Counted from the first letter of the stretch, positions 26,601 through 41,600 are shown. The stretch: 64,000 nt of DNA from Tubulanus polymorphus (GCF_964204645.1 NC_134025.1:26206299-26270298), one strand, 5' to 3'. Notes: a model not told the origin generated them from the sequence alone. Translations and numbers: made by a program.

Positions 26601-29600
26601 GACTTCAGCACGCTGAAGGGAATTGCGTGCAAAGTGAACAGAAATCATGTACGTAAGAAAAAGTTGGATTCGGCTGATGGAGCAGTTATGCAACCTGCTA
26701 GAAAAGTCTCTAGAAAGAAAAAGAAATTGACAAAAGAAAGTAAGGTTTAGTCACCATTTCTTTAATGTTTTTAATATATTGTAGTCATTTATTTACATTT
26801 AACTCTTGGTTTATTGTGTATATGCATTGTTTCAGCCTCTATATACTTCCCAGCTGAGGAATCAGCTTTCGAAAATGTAGGAGCATCAGTTTTAGAAACT
26901 GATTATCATGATGATCATGATGATTTTGATGATGATGATGAGGGTATTCTAACGTTACGAACTTTTTCATTTTGCATGGGATTCTAATATCATCGCGCAC
27001 TCTCCTTTATCTAATCAGAACTTTGCTTATGATGACTTTGTGAATTGAATGATTAACGGTAGCAAAAATGAAACTAATATATGATTTTCATTAGATTTCT
27101 CTGATTAGGATCATAATTGAGACACAGCTTTTTACTGATTACTAACTTTATTTCAATGAGAATATGGAAGTGATTATACGTACCCTTTTACATGTGCAAA
27201 CAAAATTTTTGTTACTTCCTACAAATCATTGCGTTTAGATTTTTGATTTGTTTTAAACAGGACATATCAATAAAAGAATTATTGAATCTGAAAGGTTATC
27301 TATATAAAAGGATGCCTGGCATGATCATACATTATATATGCACATTCCTGCTGAGATCTTTTCTCATTTGTTTTCTATCTGATTTTCAGAGAAAGAATAT
27401 TTCTATTCGGCTTCTGACCATTCAGATGAAGATGTCGAGGACTGGGCGAAGTAAGTTCTGCCCTTCCCTCAACCTCACTCAGTTTTGAATCAATTTTCCA
27501 TTTATTTCATTTTTTCACTCCCATTTTGTAATTATAGACCGCTAAATCTAGAAGTGGTCGATGACTCAAAATCGAAAAACAACAGAGTGAAGATATTGCT
27601 TCGTTTCACCCTCGTGGAGGTCGTCATACAGATCGCTAAACATTCCAATGCAAGACGTGATGTTCCATACCTCATGTTCCGTATCAATCGAGTTAATGCA
27701 GATATCGCTGTCACCGAGTTTGGACTCGCTACCAATTTAAGTCTCGGTGGTCTTGAGCTTGTGGATAAAATTCATACAGGTATGTGTCATCCTTATAAAT
27801 GCTGTATATACAATTCAATTCGCAAGAAGACTCTGTTTCTTTTGTATTTATGTATAGGAAGTTCTGGTGAATATCTAGAAATGTTGAGTTCCAAGGCAGA
27901 TTCTCATCTCATTTCTTTCATGTATAGGAAGGTAGGTTTTGTGCTTTGATCATCTCAATGGTCTTCGTTGGCCTTATGTGATAGATTTGATGCATGATAT
28001 TTTAGGTTGATCCAATTTGTCCAGACTTCCAGCAGATTTATCGATCGATTGAGCAAGGCGTTGTTGTTGACTTTTCCACTCTGGACATTACGTTAGATAA
28101 AGTGGCCATTGTTTACCTGTACTCATTTGCAACTGATTTACAGGAGAGGTAATGTAGAGTCGACTTCATGTCTGTTTATCTCACTGATTAAACATCAGTT
28201 AGTAATATTCTACTCTATTCTAGTATTGCCCAGGGAATGTCTCGGAGTGTAAATACGCCTATATCTACACCTGGATCACTGCTTGAAACTTCTAAATCAA
28301 TAGCATCAATACCACAGGAACTGATAAAGAAATATGATGAACGTAAGTGTACATAATTGTATGGAAGCATCATTTGTCCAGAAATTGGAGACTTACTTAA
28401 CATGTAAATTCCCATACTTTTTCAGCCGATCTTTCAATGCCTATTGGTTCTGTGAAACTATGTTTTGTTGCAAAACTGAAAAATGTCTCTGTTCACTTGA
28501 AAACCATGGATGAACAACTAGCTGATATACACATGCAAGGTACTTCACATTGTAGAAACACTTTTCTTTTATCACTGGCCTGAACTTCGTCTAATTCATA
28601 AATCCTGATTTAAATTCTAGGTCTTGAAGCAAAAGTCACTGTAAGAAGGAACAAGACTGTTTTATATTCACGTCTGAAGACAATTCTTATAAATGATGCA
28701 ACTGTTGGTACACTTTATCCAGATGTAAGCCTGTATATGATAGTTCTTGTCTTGTAAACCTGAAAAGATTATCTTGTTTTTGATTGTTGCTTAAATGGTA
28801 ATTTTCAGATCTTGAGAGTAGACACGGGAACGGTATTTGATATGAAGGTAACAAATAAAAAGCGATGAATGATTGCAAAACACATGATTGAAATATTTTC
28901 CATTACATAAATGTACTCATTTGTTTTATATCACTTTTTTTAGCTGATTCTTTATAACAAAGAAGGAATGAAACCTGAAAAGCGAAACGAAGCTTTAGAT
29001 TACAGTGTTAGAGCACGAGTAGGTCGGCTTGAAGGTGTATTCCTGTACAAGTTTATATCAGAGCTGATGAGTTTCATTCGTCCGTTGACTAAACTCACAT
29101 CTCGTAAGAATGCTTACATTCAGGCAGCATCTGATGCTGTCAAGAATCAGGTATGGTGCATTTAAAGAATTATCCCTTCGAATGATATTTTATGACTCTC
29201 AGCTCGAATGGTATATATCCATTATTTCTTTATAAAATATCTAGATGACGGTTATACAAGAGGAAGGTAAGAAGATCGTTCTTAATATAAATGTGCTAGC
29301 ACCAACAATTTGGATGCCACAGAACTCAAAGTCGCATACTATGCTGGTTGTTGAGCTGGGAGACCTCAGTTTGAAAAACTACTTCGACTTCATCGACCAA
29401 AGTGATGGAAAACGACAAGGTTGGGAAACATATAACATGCACATAAACTCAATTCAAGTTCACAGGTATTGTACCTATTTTACAGCTGACCTTCATGAGT
29501 ATAATGATTAGTAAATTCTGGTTATTATCTATGATACTTTTTGTGTTACAGATCAGTCCTGGTGTCGTTAAATTCTGTTACTCATTGCCATAATATCATT

Positions 29601-32600
29601 GATCCAATTAATATGAGATTTGTAATGAAACGAGCCCTGAAGCCACTTTACACAACTGAAGCACAATATCAGGTCGATGGTAAACTTGATATTATACAGG
29701 TAATGTTTGCTTTATAGAACTTATAATCTAGCTTAAAAGGTAGTGAGTAGCAATTCAGGTTTCAACGTTTTATCAATTTGAATTTAAGATGAATGTGAGC
29801 CAGAAGGATGTGCAAGTAGGTGTATCAATATTCACAGAAAATATCAAAGAGGCTAAACCAAAGATGCGCACTGCAGGTATGTCAAATACTGTATTCAAAA
29901 TTTTAGAAAGTTTAAGTTTCTTTGGAAAAGTATAGAAATATGATATTTGTTGTAGAAGCAATTGATAATTCGACACAAGGCAGAGAAGTATTACCTCATC
30001 CAGAGATTGATGTCGATGTAATGCCAACTCCAACTACTGCTGAACCGAAACCACTCTTAACGGCTCAGCTCGCTAAAGTCTCCTTCGTCATGGAAGGCAT
30101 GAAATTAAAACTACTCAACGAATCAAATACAAATGTAAGTTCACTATAGCGATATCTCTATTCATTAAATTACTAGATCAATATGCTTAAAACTCATTAA
30201 ATTACATACATTGTAGACTCCCGATTCATGTGGAATGTTGAATTCATTGTCGTTGTTTGAAGTTGGTGAAATAGTAGTGAAAGCAGCAGTTGATACCGAC
30301 AAAGCGATGCAAGTTCAGTTGACTTTAAAGACGATTGCTCTCGTCGATGACAGGTCTGATAGCGATTTAGCTGTGAAAAGGATATTTCAATACGTTGCGG
30401 ATAAAAAACAGACAAAGGCCAATGATGTTGTCTTACCAATGGTTAGTTTTATGTTCCAGAAAGCTGTAAATGGAGCCATGACAGGTATGAAACATGAAAT
30501 ATCCAGCTAGATAGAATTATCATCAACAGCAGACGACAATCAATCCCTTTCAAACTTTATTAAATGTCACTGAACGATATTTTACAGTTAACCTTGATGT
30601 TGAGAAATTCAGGATAAATATGAGCTTGGCGTATCTGTTAACTCTGATGGGATTCGCCAAGTCATTGTCGGAAATTGGTTCAGCCTTCGATAAAACAGAG
30701 AAGCCACGTTCCTTGCCAGTACAAACGATAGCTAATAAAGACACTCCAGCAGCAACACCCACAGCCATGACAGGAATAAATACTCCTCCTCCACCTCTCG
30801 TTATCAATGCTCGTTTGAAAGAATCTGAAGTTCTTTTCTTCTTCGAGCCGGCAAATAAAAACAGCAAGATTCTGGTTCTCAAGGTGAACATATCTTTTGC
30901 TATAAAAAAAAGATCTATCATTATTATGACATTTCCAATCATGCATTTGTTGATGATAATATTTGGATGTTATGTATCGATGTTTAGGTTAATGCTGAAG
31001 TTGGTTACAGTCGGGAAGATGGCGATATTCGTCTCGCAGCTAAAGTCAACGATTTACAAATATTTTCCTGCGTCTTCGGCAAGCGCAGCACAACTGCTTT
31101 CATCGTAAGTATTTAAGCGTTTACGTTTAATCTTATTTGTGATTGGTTGAATCAATCTTTGAAGATGTTTTATTTCATAGGTTCTTCATCCATGTAATAT
31201 TCACTTTAAAAGATCAGTAGCGACTGATACTGATATGGTTGTGATGGATGCGCAGATTCCTGATATCAAAGTCAATATCACTCCTTCTATTCTGCACATG
31301 GTCAAAGAAGTCATCGCGATTGTGAAAGAAGAACTTGCTTTGCATGTAAGTCTAACTGGTTCCACCATCGAGATTGTCCAAAAAACCTATCCATGAACCG
31401 GTTAGCTAACTTATCATAGAGATTTATTATTTCACTTATCAGAAAAAACCTGAAATCATAGTGACTGAAGACAAGGAGCCTGACACCGATTTATGGTCAA
31501 CGAAAACCATTTCACTGAAGAAATGGTTATCTATGCCATTAGGTTTGTATGCTAATTTGACTAATGAGGTGTCAATTATGGCAACCTGCATCATGATTAT
31601 CATCGCATATTATGTTATTTTCAGATGAAGAAATCTGTCACAGTGTGAGCTTCAATCAAACCCAAGTTTCTAGTGAGACGTTCAATTTCAGCATGAAGAA
31701 AATACTTTTGACATTTGAAGTTGAGACTGCTGACACACATATGCCGGTTGTAACTGTGAAATCTTCAATTGCTGGACACTTTGATGATAGGGTAGGTTAA
31801 ATGGGAAGCATCCCTAAAGCTGTCCATTATCTATATGTAGTAAGTAATATACATGAAAGTGTCCACTTGATATTTCAGACCCAGCTCAATTCAGAAATTC
31901 AGCTGGAAGTATGTTACTTCAATGAAAAGTTGAACGTTTGGGAGCCTCTACTCGAACCGGTTATGGAAGAGGAAACCGAATATAGACCCTGGGAGGTCAC
32001 GGTCAAGGTGACTTTTGCATGATCATATTATCGTATCATTCGATTAGAAGTTTGTCCTCCGATAAGGGCTTTAATCGTTGTTTTCATTTTAGATGATAAA
32101 AGGACCGAGTCATCCAATCCGATGTGTGTATAATACGATGACGATGGACGGTCTCGACGATGTGGATGGTGACATAAACGTTTTGATGTGTAAAGCTAAA
32201 GCGAAAGTTCAAAATTCAGACAGTGAAACCGATTCAGAGAACGAGATGACAGTCATACAACCGAAAACAGAAAAGATTCGAATGAGACATGGTAGTGATC
32301 GAAGTTATGGTATGTTTCAGCTAGTTCTGTAGTGTTTTTTTGTTTGTTTTTCCTTTATTCTTGAAAATTTTGATGGGATTCGCGGAGCACAGGTGACAGA
32401 GTCACTTAATTATCCAAGTATTTAGGTCATGATAACGATGCTACTGCATGTCAAACGTGCATGATTTTTCAGATCTAGATCGAGTTTTGGATACTATTGA
32501 AGGTCCAGAAACTGCAGAAAATGTAAAACGTAAGACAAATATAGGAACATGCATTTCTATAGACTAAACTGGATGACAATATGGTAGTTGGTAGAGGGTG

Positions 32601-35600
32601 TGCACAGAATTCCTAACATTTATTTTCATACATAATGCTTCTATTAACAGCTTCACCTGAGTACTAAAAATCACTTCGTGAATTAGAGGAACACAGTATT
32701 AATCTTTTCTTCCTGATGATGAAATGCTGATATGTATATCGGGCTTAATATATTCCTCCATCCCTATATAAAAATCTTAGAAATATCATCGGTGCTGGTT
32801 CGAATCCAAGGTGGAATGAGACTTTCATTTTGTTTTCTTCATATTGGTGAAACTTCTCGCTTTTCTCTGCTATGATTCAAACTTTTTTGATATGGTGACA
32901 GATTTCACAGAGTCTGGGTAACTCGTCTCGGTGATTGTTCTAAATTTTCCCCCTGCATGTTGAATTTCAGACTCACTCAGCCATCACAGTACATGTAGCA
33001 TACAAGGTGAAAGTGACTCGGAACCCGAGGGCTATCTTAATACTATCAGTAGTAAACTGGGTAGTATATTCTCCAGTGAAGACAGCGATGCTGATTTAAG
33101 CGATAACGAAGTCGATGGTGACCTATCGCTTGAAGATATCGTCGAGAAGCCCGTTTTCCTGACAGCCTCTGGTCCTCAGAATGTGGATGAGGGTACAGAA
33201 AGTGGATGTATGTGTGTCCTCATACATGTTGTTGTCACACATTATATACTTTTCTGTATTCTTATTGATTTCGTGCACGATTTTCATTAAGCTTATGATT
33301 GGATAAACTTTACCTTGGTTTTTACAGTAATTTCTTATCACAAACACTGAATATCTCATTCCTTTGCTTTGCACAAACATTTTAATGTAAAAGGATTCTC
33401 TGCTTGTTTATCAGTCTTCATGCTTCTTTATTTACCTCTGGTATGTACTGAATATATTTACTTTTATGTGTATCATTTTCAAATTGACTTCTGATTTACA
33501 AATCACCTATACTGAATTTTAAAATATTTTTTGGTTAGATTGCTTACCTACACAACCAAACTAGTTAAGATATGAATGATGTTTCATTTCCTTTTTTTCT
33601 GATATTGCTTTATTGTTTTGATTAAGAAGTAACATTGTTCAATTTGCAGCTATTGACAGCGATGATGTCGATGGACCCGATGAAGAGGAGCAGTGTACAT
33701 ATCTAGTTGTAGATTCAAAGGATAAACTGCTCTTGAATGTTACTCCAGAAGGCATCGATGTTATAACTGATGTAATGAAGGTAAATGTCATTTCCAAATT
33801 GTGGTTTTTGAGAGTGAAATTGAATGGGTTTCATATGAATATGTGGTGTTTGTTTTTGATAGAGCCTCACAAAGGACCCACGTGAATACATGTCCAGCTA
33901 TGTGAAAAAGCCATCTTTTGAGATCTACAATGAGGTATATGATTTGATTTACGGGCGTAGGGAGGTTAAAAGATATGAAAATCACAATGTTCATTTATAT
34001 TTCAGTTGGACTTGAATGCTAAAGTTCGCCTTCCAAGTGATGTTACGGTAGGACCATTTATAATCAGTCTCTCTAAATTCTGAATTCTATCTAAATCCTT
34101 CGAAATTTGCTTAGACTAAAGTATCTCATATGTTGGCATGCTTTGTCATTTTTTGAATATTCATAGTATTTCTCCTTTTATCGAGGCGCCCTCAACTACT
34201 CTCTTGTCTTGTGTTTGTGTTGTAAAAAGTGTTGTCTTTTCAGGAGTGTGACTTGTTTCCAAAATCAAACAAGGCTTTTCCTATACCTAGTTCTGTTTAT
34301 CCTCCCTGGGATACTGAGGTGCCCTCTGGTTTTGTTACTTTTCTTACCAATCTCTCACTTGAGCAATGAATGAAGTGATTTGAAATCAGCTCGAACTAAA
34401 ATCATCAATAACATCCCAGCTTTAAATATTTGACTCACAATTTCCAAACTTTGCTTTTTGGCCTCCCTCTTTGCCTTAGTTGCTGATTTCAAAAATATTT
34501 GTGGGTTTAACTCGGGTTTTTGGAGCTTGCTTGCTGTGTGATGAGTTATTCATCTTTTAAATGGAAAGTATTCAATTACACAAAAAATTAGTGGTAAGAT
34601 TTGGCACGATGATGTCACCATTAGATGTCAAATGGTGGTAGCTATTATACTAACTATGATGTAGTATAACTTGGGGTTACTAATAATGGTATTTGAATCA
34701 TTTAATAGTATCATATACTATTGCCATCACACTGCTTCTGCACCTGGATATGAGATGATAAATAGTGTTTGGAAAATTTATACCGGTATATGGAATGTAG
34801 AGAAATCCTTCACGCTATGTTAAAAAGCAAATCTATCATTTCAGGCATATAAGAAAAATCTACATAGAGTCGAAGTAGAAAATGATTGTTTGGAGGAAGA
34901 TGAAGATAAAATAGATGATGTTGATTCGAAATGTGTAGACGAAGATGATGAAACAGATGGAGACATGAGCTTCCTGTCTAAAGCTTTAGCTCTAGTCGGT
35001 ACAAAAGCTATTAGTTCCGCTGCATTTGTCTACGAGGAAAAATCATTCAAATCCCCGCAAAAAGAAAATGAAGGCATGCATTTGCATTTGGATGGATTCC
35101 AGGCATTGGAGCATTTGACTCTGAAAAGAGCTGGCAAATATATGGTTGCTTTGTCTCCACAAAAGGTAAATATCGGGGTCATATATTGAATAATTGTTTA
35201 AATTATCAAATATTGAATTAATATTAGATATTTCTATTCATATTTTAGCATGAAACGGATTATTGCATTGTGTATAACGTTGATGCAGTACACGGCAGAA
35301 AGGTTGTGACTATTCGATCTCCACTACAGGTTGGTTAAGTCTTCTTTGTTTGCATTTGCCTTTTTCGCATGATTTAATGAAGCTGATTTATATTCTTGAT
35401 ACAATCTTTCATTCAGTTGGACAACCAGCTAACAATGGCAGTTGATATATTCTGTAAAACTGAAGAAGTGACCAGACTGGGAGAGACTTCAACTGCTACT
35501 AATGCTGAAGAGTATACAAAGATTGCAACAGTAGAAGCAGGCGAGAAATATGCCATACCACTGTTTATAGCTTATCATTGCCGGCTTTATGTAGGACCTG

Positions 35601-38600
35601 CTGGTATTGGGTATGCATTATTTTCATTTGAATGAAATTTATTTCTTATTTACTGGCTGTATTATCTGATGATTGGCATTGTCATTGAAAAACATATGTT
35701 GAATTATGTAATAGATATCAGAGAAGCTTTAATGGAATTAGCTGGCAAGATTTAAGCGCGTTAAAAGACAAGAGTAAATTCTTCTTATGTCTTCCTGAAC
35801 AAGGCGAACAGAAAGCTTTCAGTTACAAGGTAAATTATGATTCACATTGACCAGAGATCAATCTGAATAAATTCAAACATTTGTTTTATATCTATGGCTC
35901 ATATTTTTCAGGTGTCCCTGGCTAAAGGTATTCCTACTGATCAATTTGAAGACTTGCCAAAGATGATTCCAAACTATACAATTCAGCTGCATCCGCCAGT
36001 CATACTACACAACTACCTTCCGTATGATATTCAATTCGCGCTGGAAGGATCCGACCCCAGTAGTTTAACACATGGGGAGATGACTCCCCTATACACTGCT
36101 GACTTGCATAAAACACAGAAACTGCAGATTCAGGTACATTTATAATAGATATACCAGTATGTCTTGTATGCTTCCATTACTCAATTATGGATCCCCATCC
36201 TCAATTCTCTCATTGTTTGCAGTTGAATGAATACCTGGGTTTGGACTGGTCTGGCAACCTTGAAGTTACCTCGGAAATGGATGAATTTAAAGTTGTATCG
36301 ATGGAATTAGACGCTGCTCATGACACTTCAAATGTCAATCAACAACTCAGCCTAAATGTTCACACAAACAATATTATATCCATGCATTTGTATGTCTATA
36401 GTCCATATTGGATTGTAAATAAATCCGGATGGCCGATTCAACTGAGGGTAAGTATCATTTAACTACACAGTATCTGTTAGTTTTCTATGATAGAACTCTA
36501 TGGAACTTCATGATGATATTTTCTTATGTTACAGGGATCAGGATCGGATGCTTTGTTTGAAAATGAATCTTTATCTGAGCCAATTCTCTTCCGATACAAG
36601 AAATACAAACGAAAAAAAGTAAACATTGAATCTAAGTTGTACATCAATATTCCTAATGGCTACTCGTAACTTGTATGTATCATTTCCAGGCTAAGATTCG
36701 TGTTTACAACTCCAAATGGTCGCATTCTTTTTCCTTGGACACGGTCGGAAGCAGCGGTGTCGTTATATGCAAGGATAAAGAGAGAAATCGAAAATACCAA
36801 TTCCACTTGTACGTTCAGATGTCAAAATTAAAACTGACCAAGATTGTCACAATTGCTCCCTATTTCCTGATGGTGAACACTACAGATCAACCGCTACGGT
36901 TTATGGAAGTCAATACAGAGGCTGACTTGTGGCTTGATTTACAACCAAATGAGGTATGAAAACAAATTCAGTAGATTTCAGCTCAAGTCATCATTGTCTA
37001 TCATATTCACTGTTATGTTTAGGTTGCTCCATTCTATCCAGTCACGGAGGACATGTTTGTCACTGTAAAATACGCTCAAAGTAAAGCCAACTTCCATTCA
37101 GAGACATTCCCTATCAAAATGAGCCATTCCTCTGTGCTACGTATGGAAAATGGGGTAAGAAAAGATTAGTTGCTTATCTCTGTCATGTCTATTCGGTCTG
37201 CTTATTCTTGTGATCTATCCTGTATAGACTGCTTTGGTTGTGGAGGTTGCTGGAGGAGTGGAAACATCGGTTACTGTAACATTCCAGAAATATGATCACG
37301 GAGACGCTCCTGTTCGCGTTGAGAATTTGTGCGAAGATGTCTTCATCAAATTCCATCAGAAGTATGCGTCTTTTTATGACGATTCATCATAGCATCTGTT
37401 CTCATTTCTAGGAGTTGTGTATTTAAGCTATTTTTTGTAGGAATCAGAGTCAAGTTTCGTTATTACCGCCATGTCAGTCCATCTTGTATACCTGGGATAA
37501 TCCTACTTCAGAACGAACTCTCATGTGGAATGTTTATGGCAATAAAAAGAGGACAAGTTTCCCAGCTTTCATTAATAAGGTATTCTATATTCACACAATA
37601 CTTACTGGGTATATCTTATTTCTAATGATATTATACTTGACCATTTTCAATGCCTCTGACTTCCAGGATGGCTTTGGCGAAGAAAGACTGTCTATTCAGA
37701 CAATTTCTGGTACTAATGATAACACTAAAGAGAGTAACCACGGTTATTCTAGTCCAGATGATGACAGCGAAGTCGACTCAGGGCTCGAGTCTTTAGCCAA
37801 TCGCACAAGGACCGATAAAGTAGTTGTTTATTGGGCATCCTATCTAGATGGCTTACAAAGAGTAATGTTGTTTACACAAGATGAACGTGTTGCTAAAAGG
37901 GCAAAGAGGGTAAGTCATCCATCTTCATTTATATATGTGTCGTTCCTGAAATGAATTGAATGGCATTTCGACATTTTTGATAATGATTATTTTCAGATAA
38001 CTGCTGCCGAGAAGGCATCAATGGCACTCTACTTATCATTAGACAGCATAGGAGTGTCTCTCATCAATAAACTGGATGAAGAGGTTGCATTTATCAGCTT
38101 AATCAGTTCACCCGCTCTCTGGGATGTGGAGGTTAATGGTAAATGGAAAATGTTGAACATGGAACTGGCGTCTTGGCTGGAAGACCGTTATAGAACAGGA
38201 ACGACACAAGCCAGCCTTCAGGATTACATCGAGGTTAATATTCAATAATCCTTGTCTCTACATGAATGCAGTATGTTCACTATCATTGTAATCTATTATA
38301 TCGGCGATTGTGATTTTAGCCAGGTGATCTGGATGATATTGATACTACAATTAATGAGGAAGTGTTCTTTGATTTGTCATTTGAGGTAGAACCAGAGCTT
38401 AACAAAATGATTATTAAGGTTTCCACTTTAGTAGAAAAGCTGCATAGGTTCCACTGGCATGGTCAAAAGAGCTTCTCCCCTACCATAGCTGATAGCAGCT
38501 TTGTTTTCAATTAGACCATCATTACACACCCAGCAAGTGCTAGTGTGGTGTAGTTGGTAGCAGGGTGTTTGAAAATTTTTTTTCTTTCTAAGAATATCAG

Positions 38601-41600
38601 AAAAAAGCCTTTGTTTTTGTTTTCTTTTAGGCTGACTTGAAAGAGATGACTATGACCAAACCGTTTATGGGAAGTATCAGACGTACATTCCACCCGGCTG
38701 TATTCTTCAGTTATCGAAAATCTGAACACAATACTGCTGTACATGTGAAGCTGCATAGATTACAGGTACTTGAACTCCGTCTGAATTCTCCATATACCAT
38801 CACGTACAATTGTCTTAATATAATCACGTTTTGATGATGTTTTTATTTCTTAGATCGATAATCAACTTCCCGATGCATATTTTACAACCGTGTTATATCC
38901 AACACCCATCCCACATTACATACTGAGAAAGACCGGATCCAAGCCTTTTGTTGAACTCGCTTTTATGAGACGTCAAGTACCAGAAAACAGCATCGATGCA
39001 TTTAAGTGAGGAACTATTTCCATTTCATAATGCTCGGCTATAGTTACAGTACAGTATAACGATGCTCTCAAATTTATTTTAGGTATTTCCAGGTGCTCAT
39101 ACAGGAACTGAGCCTGAAAGTTGATAAAGGATTTCTCTTGTCAGTCTATGACATCTTTTCTGGTTTACAAGAACCGAAAAGTGAGGTAAGATACAGATTC
39201 ACCAATTCTTAAATGAAAAGATATGACATTTCTGATGAAATCTTATGATCTAATGTATCGTGATTTCAGAGCGTACAGTTGAGAGCGGATTTGACTATTG
39301 CTCGACGTAGTTTGAAGGAAGCGGCAAAAATCATGGTGAGAGCGGAAACAAATATAATATACACGCATGTAATAAAGTAGAAATGTACTTACTCCTTTGA
39401 TTTCTTCGATTTCTTTTCCATCAGGTTGCATCCCGACCTCAAAAGATACTTTATGAACATTTACACTTGTCTCCATTAAAACTGAATGTCAGTTTCTCAT
39501 TGAGCGGAAGAGTTCACGAAACTGATGAATCCAGTACATTCTCCGAGAACATCCTTGAGTTCTTCCTCAATTCTATAGGAGTCACATTCACAGAGGTCAA
39601 AGATGTTGAGTTGAGGTATGTAGCAATGTTGATAATAAACTGTGAAAATTCATTGCTGTCTCTTTTCATGGGGTAAAAGATTTTGATGATTATCATTTTT
39701 CAGGATGGCATATTTCGACCGTAAAGGAGCAGTTCTTTCTACATCGCAGCTGATATCTGAAGTGAAATCTCATTACATATCACAGACAATACAACAGTTA
39801 TATGTACTCATTCTTGGACTGGATGTGCTCGGTAACCCATATGGCCTTGTTAAGGACTTCACACAAGGATTGGGAGACTTCTTCTATGAACCCTTTATGG
39901 TATGTCTCAAGCACTTTCATTTTTCCTTCAATCAATAGAAGAAAGTCCAATCATTGTTTAGAAATTATTTATTTCAGGGATCCATCAAAGGTCCAGATGA
40001 ATTTGCTGATGGAATTACAAAAGGAGTTCTAAGCTTGCTTGGTCATACTGTTGGTGAGTTAATAGATATTTTAAATCTATTAATTAACTGAATGTAATGG
40101 GTACTAAATCATACCATAGGATTTTCAATTTCAATTTTGATGATGTTTTTTTAGGTGGAGCTGCTGGCTCAGTGTCTCTCATTTCTGGGTCTATCGGTCG
40201 AACATTGGCTGTTCTTACTTTTGATGATGATTACAAACGAGTATGTATCATTGTGATAAACTACCCCTAAGCATGTCTATTAACTAGTCAATTGATACTT
40301 TCTGTGGTGATTTTAGCGGCGTAGACGAGAAATGCAGCAGCAACCTAAGGATTTTCCGAGTGGATTGTTAAAAGGCGGAAAAGGTTTTGTGATGGGTGTA
40401 GCTCTTGGACTGTCAGGCGTTATCGTACAGCCAATTAAAGGTAAAATTCAATCACTTGTTTCAGCTTTGGCTCCAGAAAATACATGTAAATGTACAATAT
40501 TTATTGGCATAATTTACAGGAGTTCAAGAAGAAGGTGTGGAAGGATTTTTCAAGGGAATTGGCAAAGGTCTTCTCGGTCTGATCACTAAACCTGCTAGTG
40601 GATCATTTGATATGATTAGTATGGCATTTGATGGGCTCCGCAGGTAAAGATATCAATGTTGTATGTGTCCCTGTACATGTGCATGTGTGTATGTTTCATA
40701 GTTACGTGAAAAGATTATATAGTGTTACATAGATATTTTCTCACTCCATTTATTTCAGAACGTTTTACAAGTAAGATTTCAAATAATGAGACATTTTGAA
40801 TGTTTGTTGCTCGTCATGAATCTGAGATTCTATTATTAATACCACCCAGCTCTTACCAACATATGAAAGAACCTTGACCTATCTTCCTGACACTATAGGG
40901 CATGTTGTGACTTAATTTGTCATAAAACGTTTATTTTAAAACTACTGATAAGGCTGCAGCATTCTATTATCCACTTCATTTAACATCAGAAGCTGAACTT
41001 CACACAAGTTTTTCAGGATGTCTCTAAAAATTATCGAATACCGGCATATAGATGTAACAGTAACTTATAGCCCCCTCTGCTATATATGCTTGAGTATCTT
41101 ATTTAATGCATATACTTTTCACTAAATCATTAAATCAATCAATTCACTTGAACATTTAGAATGCAGTTACATATTAACAAATGAGGGATTAGGTATCATA
41201 TAGATAAAGGATCACATTATTTTCACATTGATTTATCAACCTGGAAATATGATTTCAGTCTTTTTTTGGGTGTGCTTTATTGAAAGATATCAGCTGTTTT
41301 GACCAAGCGAATTTTCGATTGTAGGGCTGCAGAGATGGGAGACCATGTAGTTGTACGCATGAGGTTGCCGAGATACATTCACCCCCAACTGGTAGGTGAA
41401 CTGGATGATAACAAATAACAAATGATTTGTCAAGGTCTAGAATCTCTTGAATCTTACCTTATTTCCCTTTCTTTAATCGTAGGGATTGAGACCGTATTCA
41501 ATGTATCAGGCAACTGGCAGAAGATTACTGATGAACTTGAATAAAGGTGAATACACATTGTCTGATGACTATTGGGCACATGCTTCACTGACTAAAGAGG

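Noticed and set aside
27261-27294. AG..GT-bounded 34-nt segment in a VPS13 intron (also 33415-33440, 26 nt)
   Set aside because: Not multiples of three; could only be poison exons and have no further support.
30550-30946. Minus-strand ORFs of 130 and 88 aa
   Set aside because: Shadows of VPS13 exons.
34791-34810. TGGAATGTAGAGAA, resembling the 5' end of miR-1
   Set aside because: It diverges after the seed region and I saw no convincing precursor hairpin.
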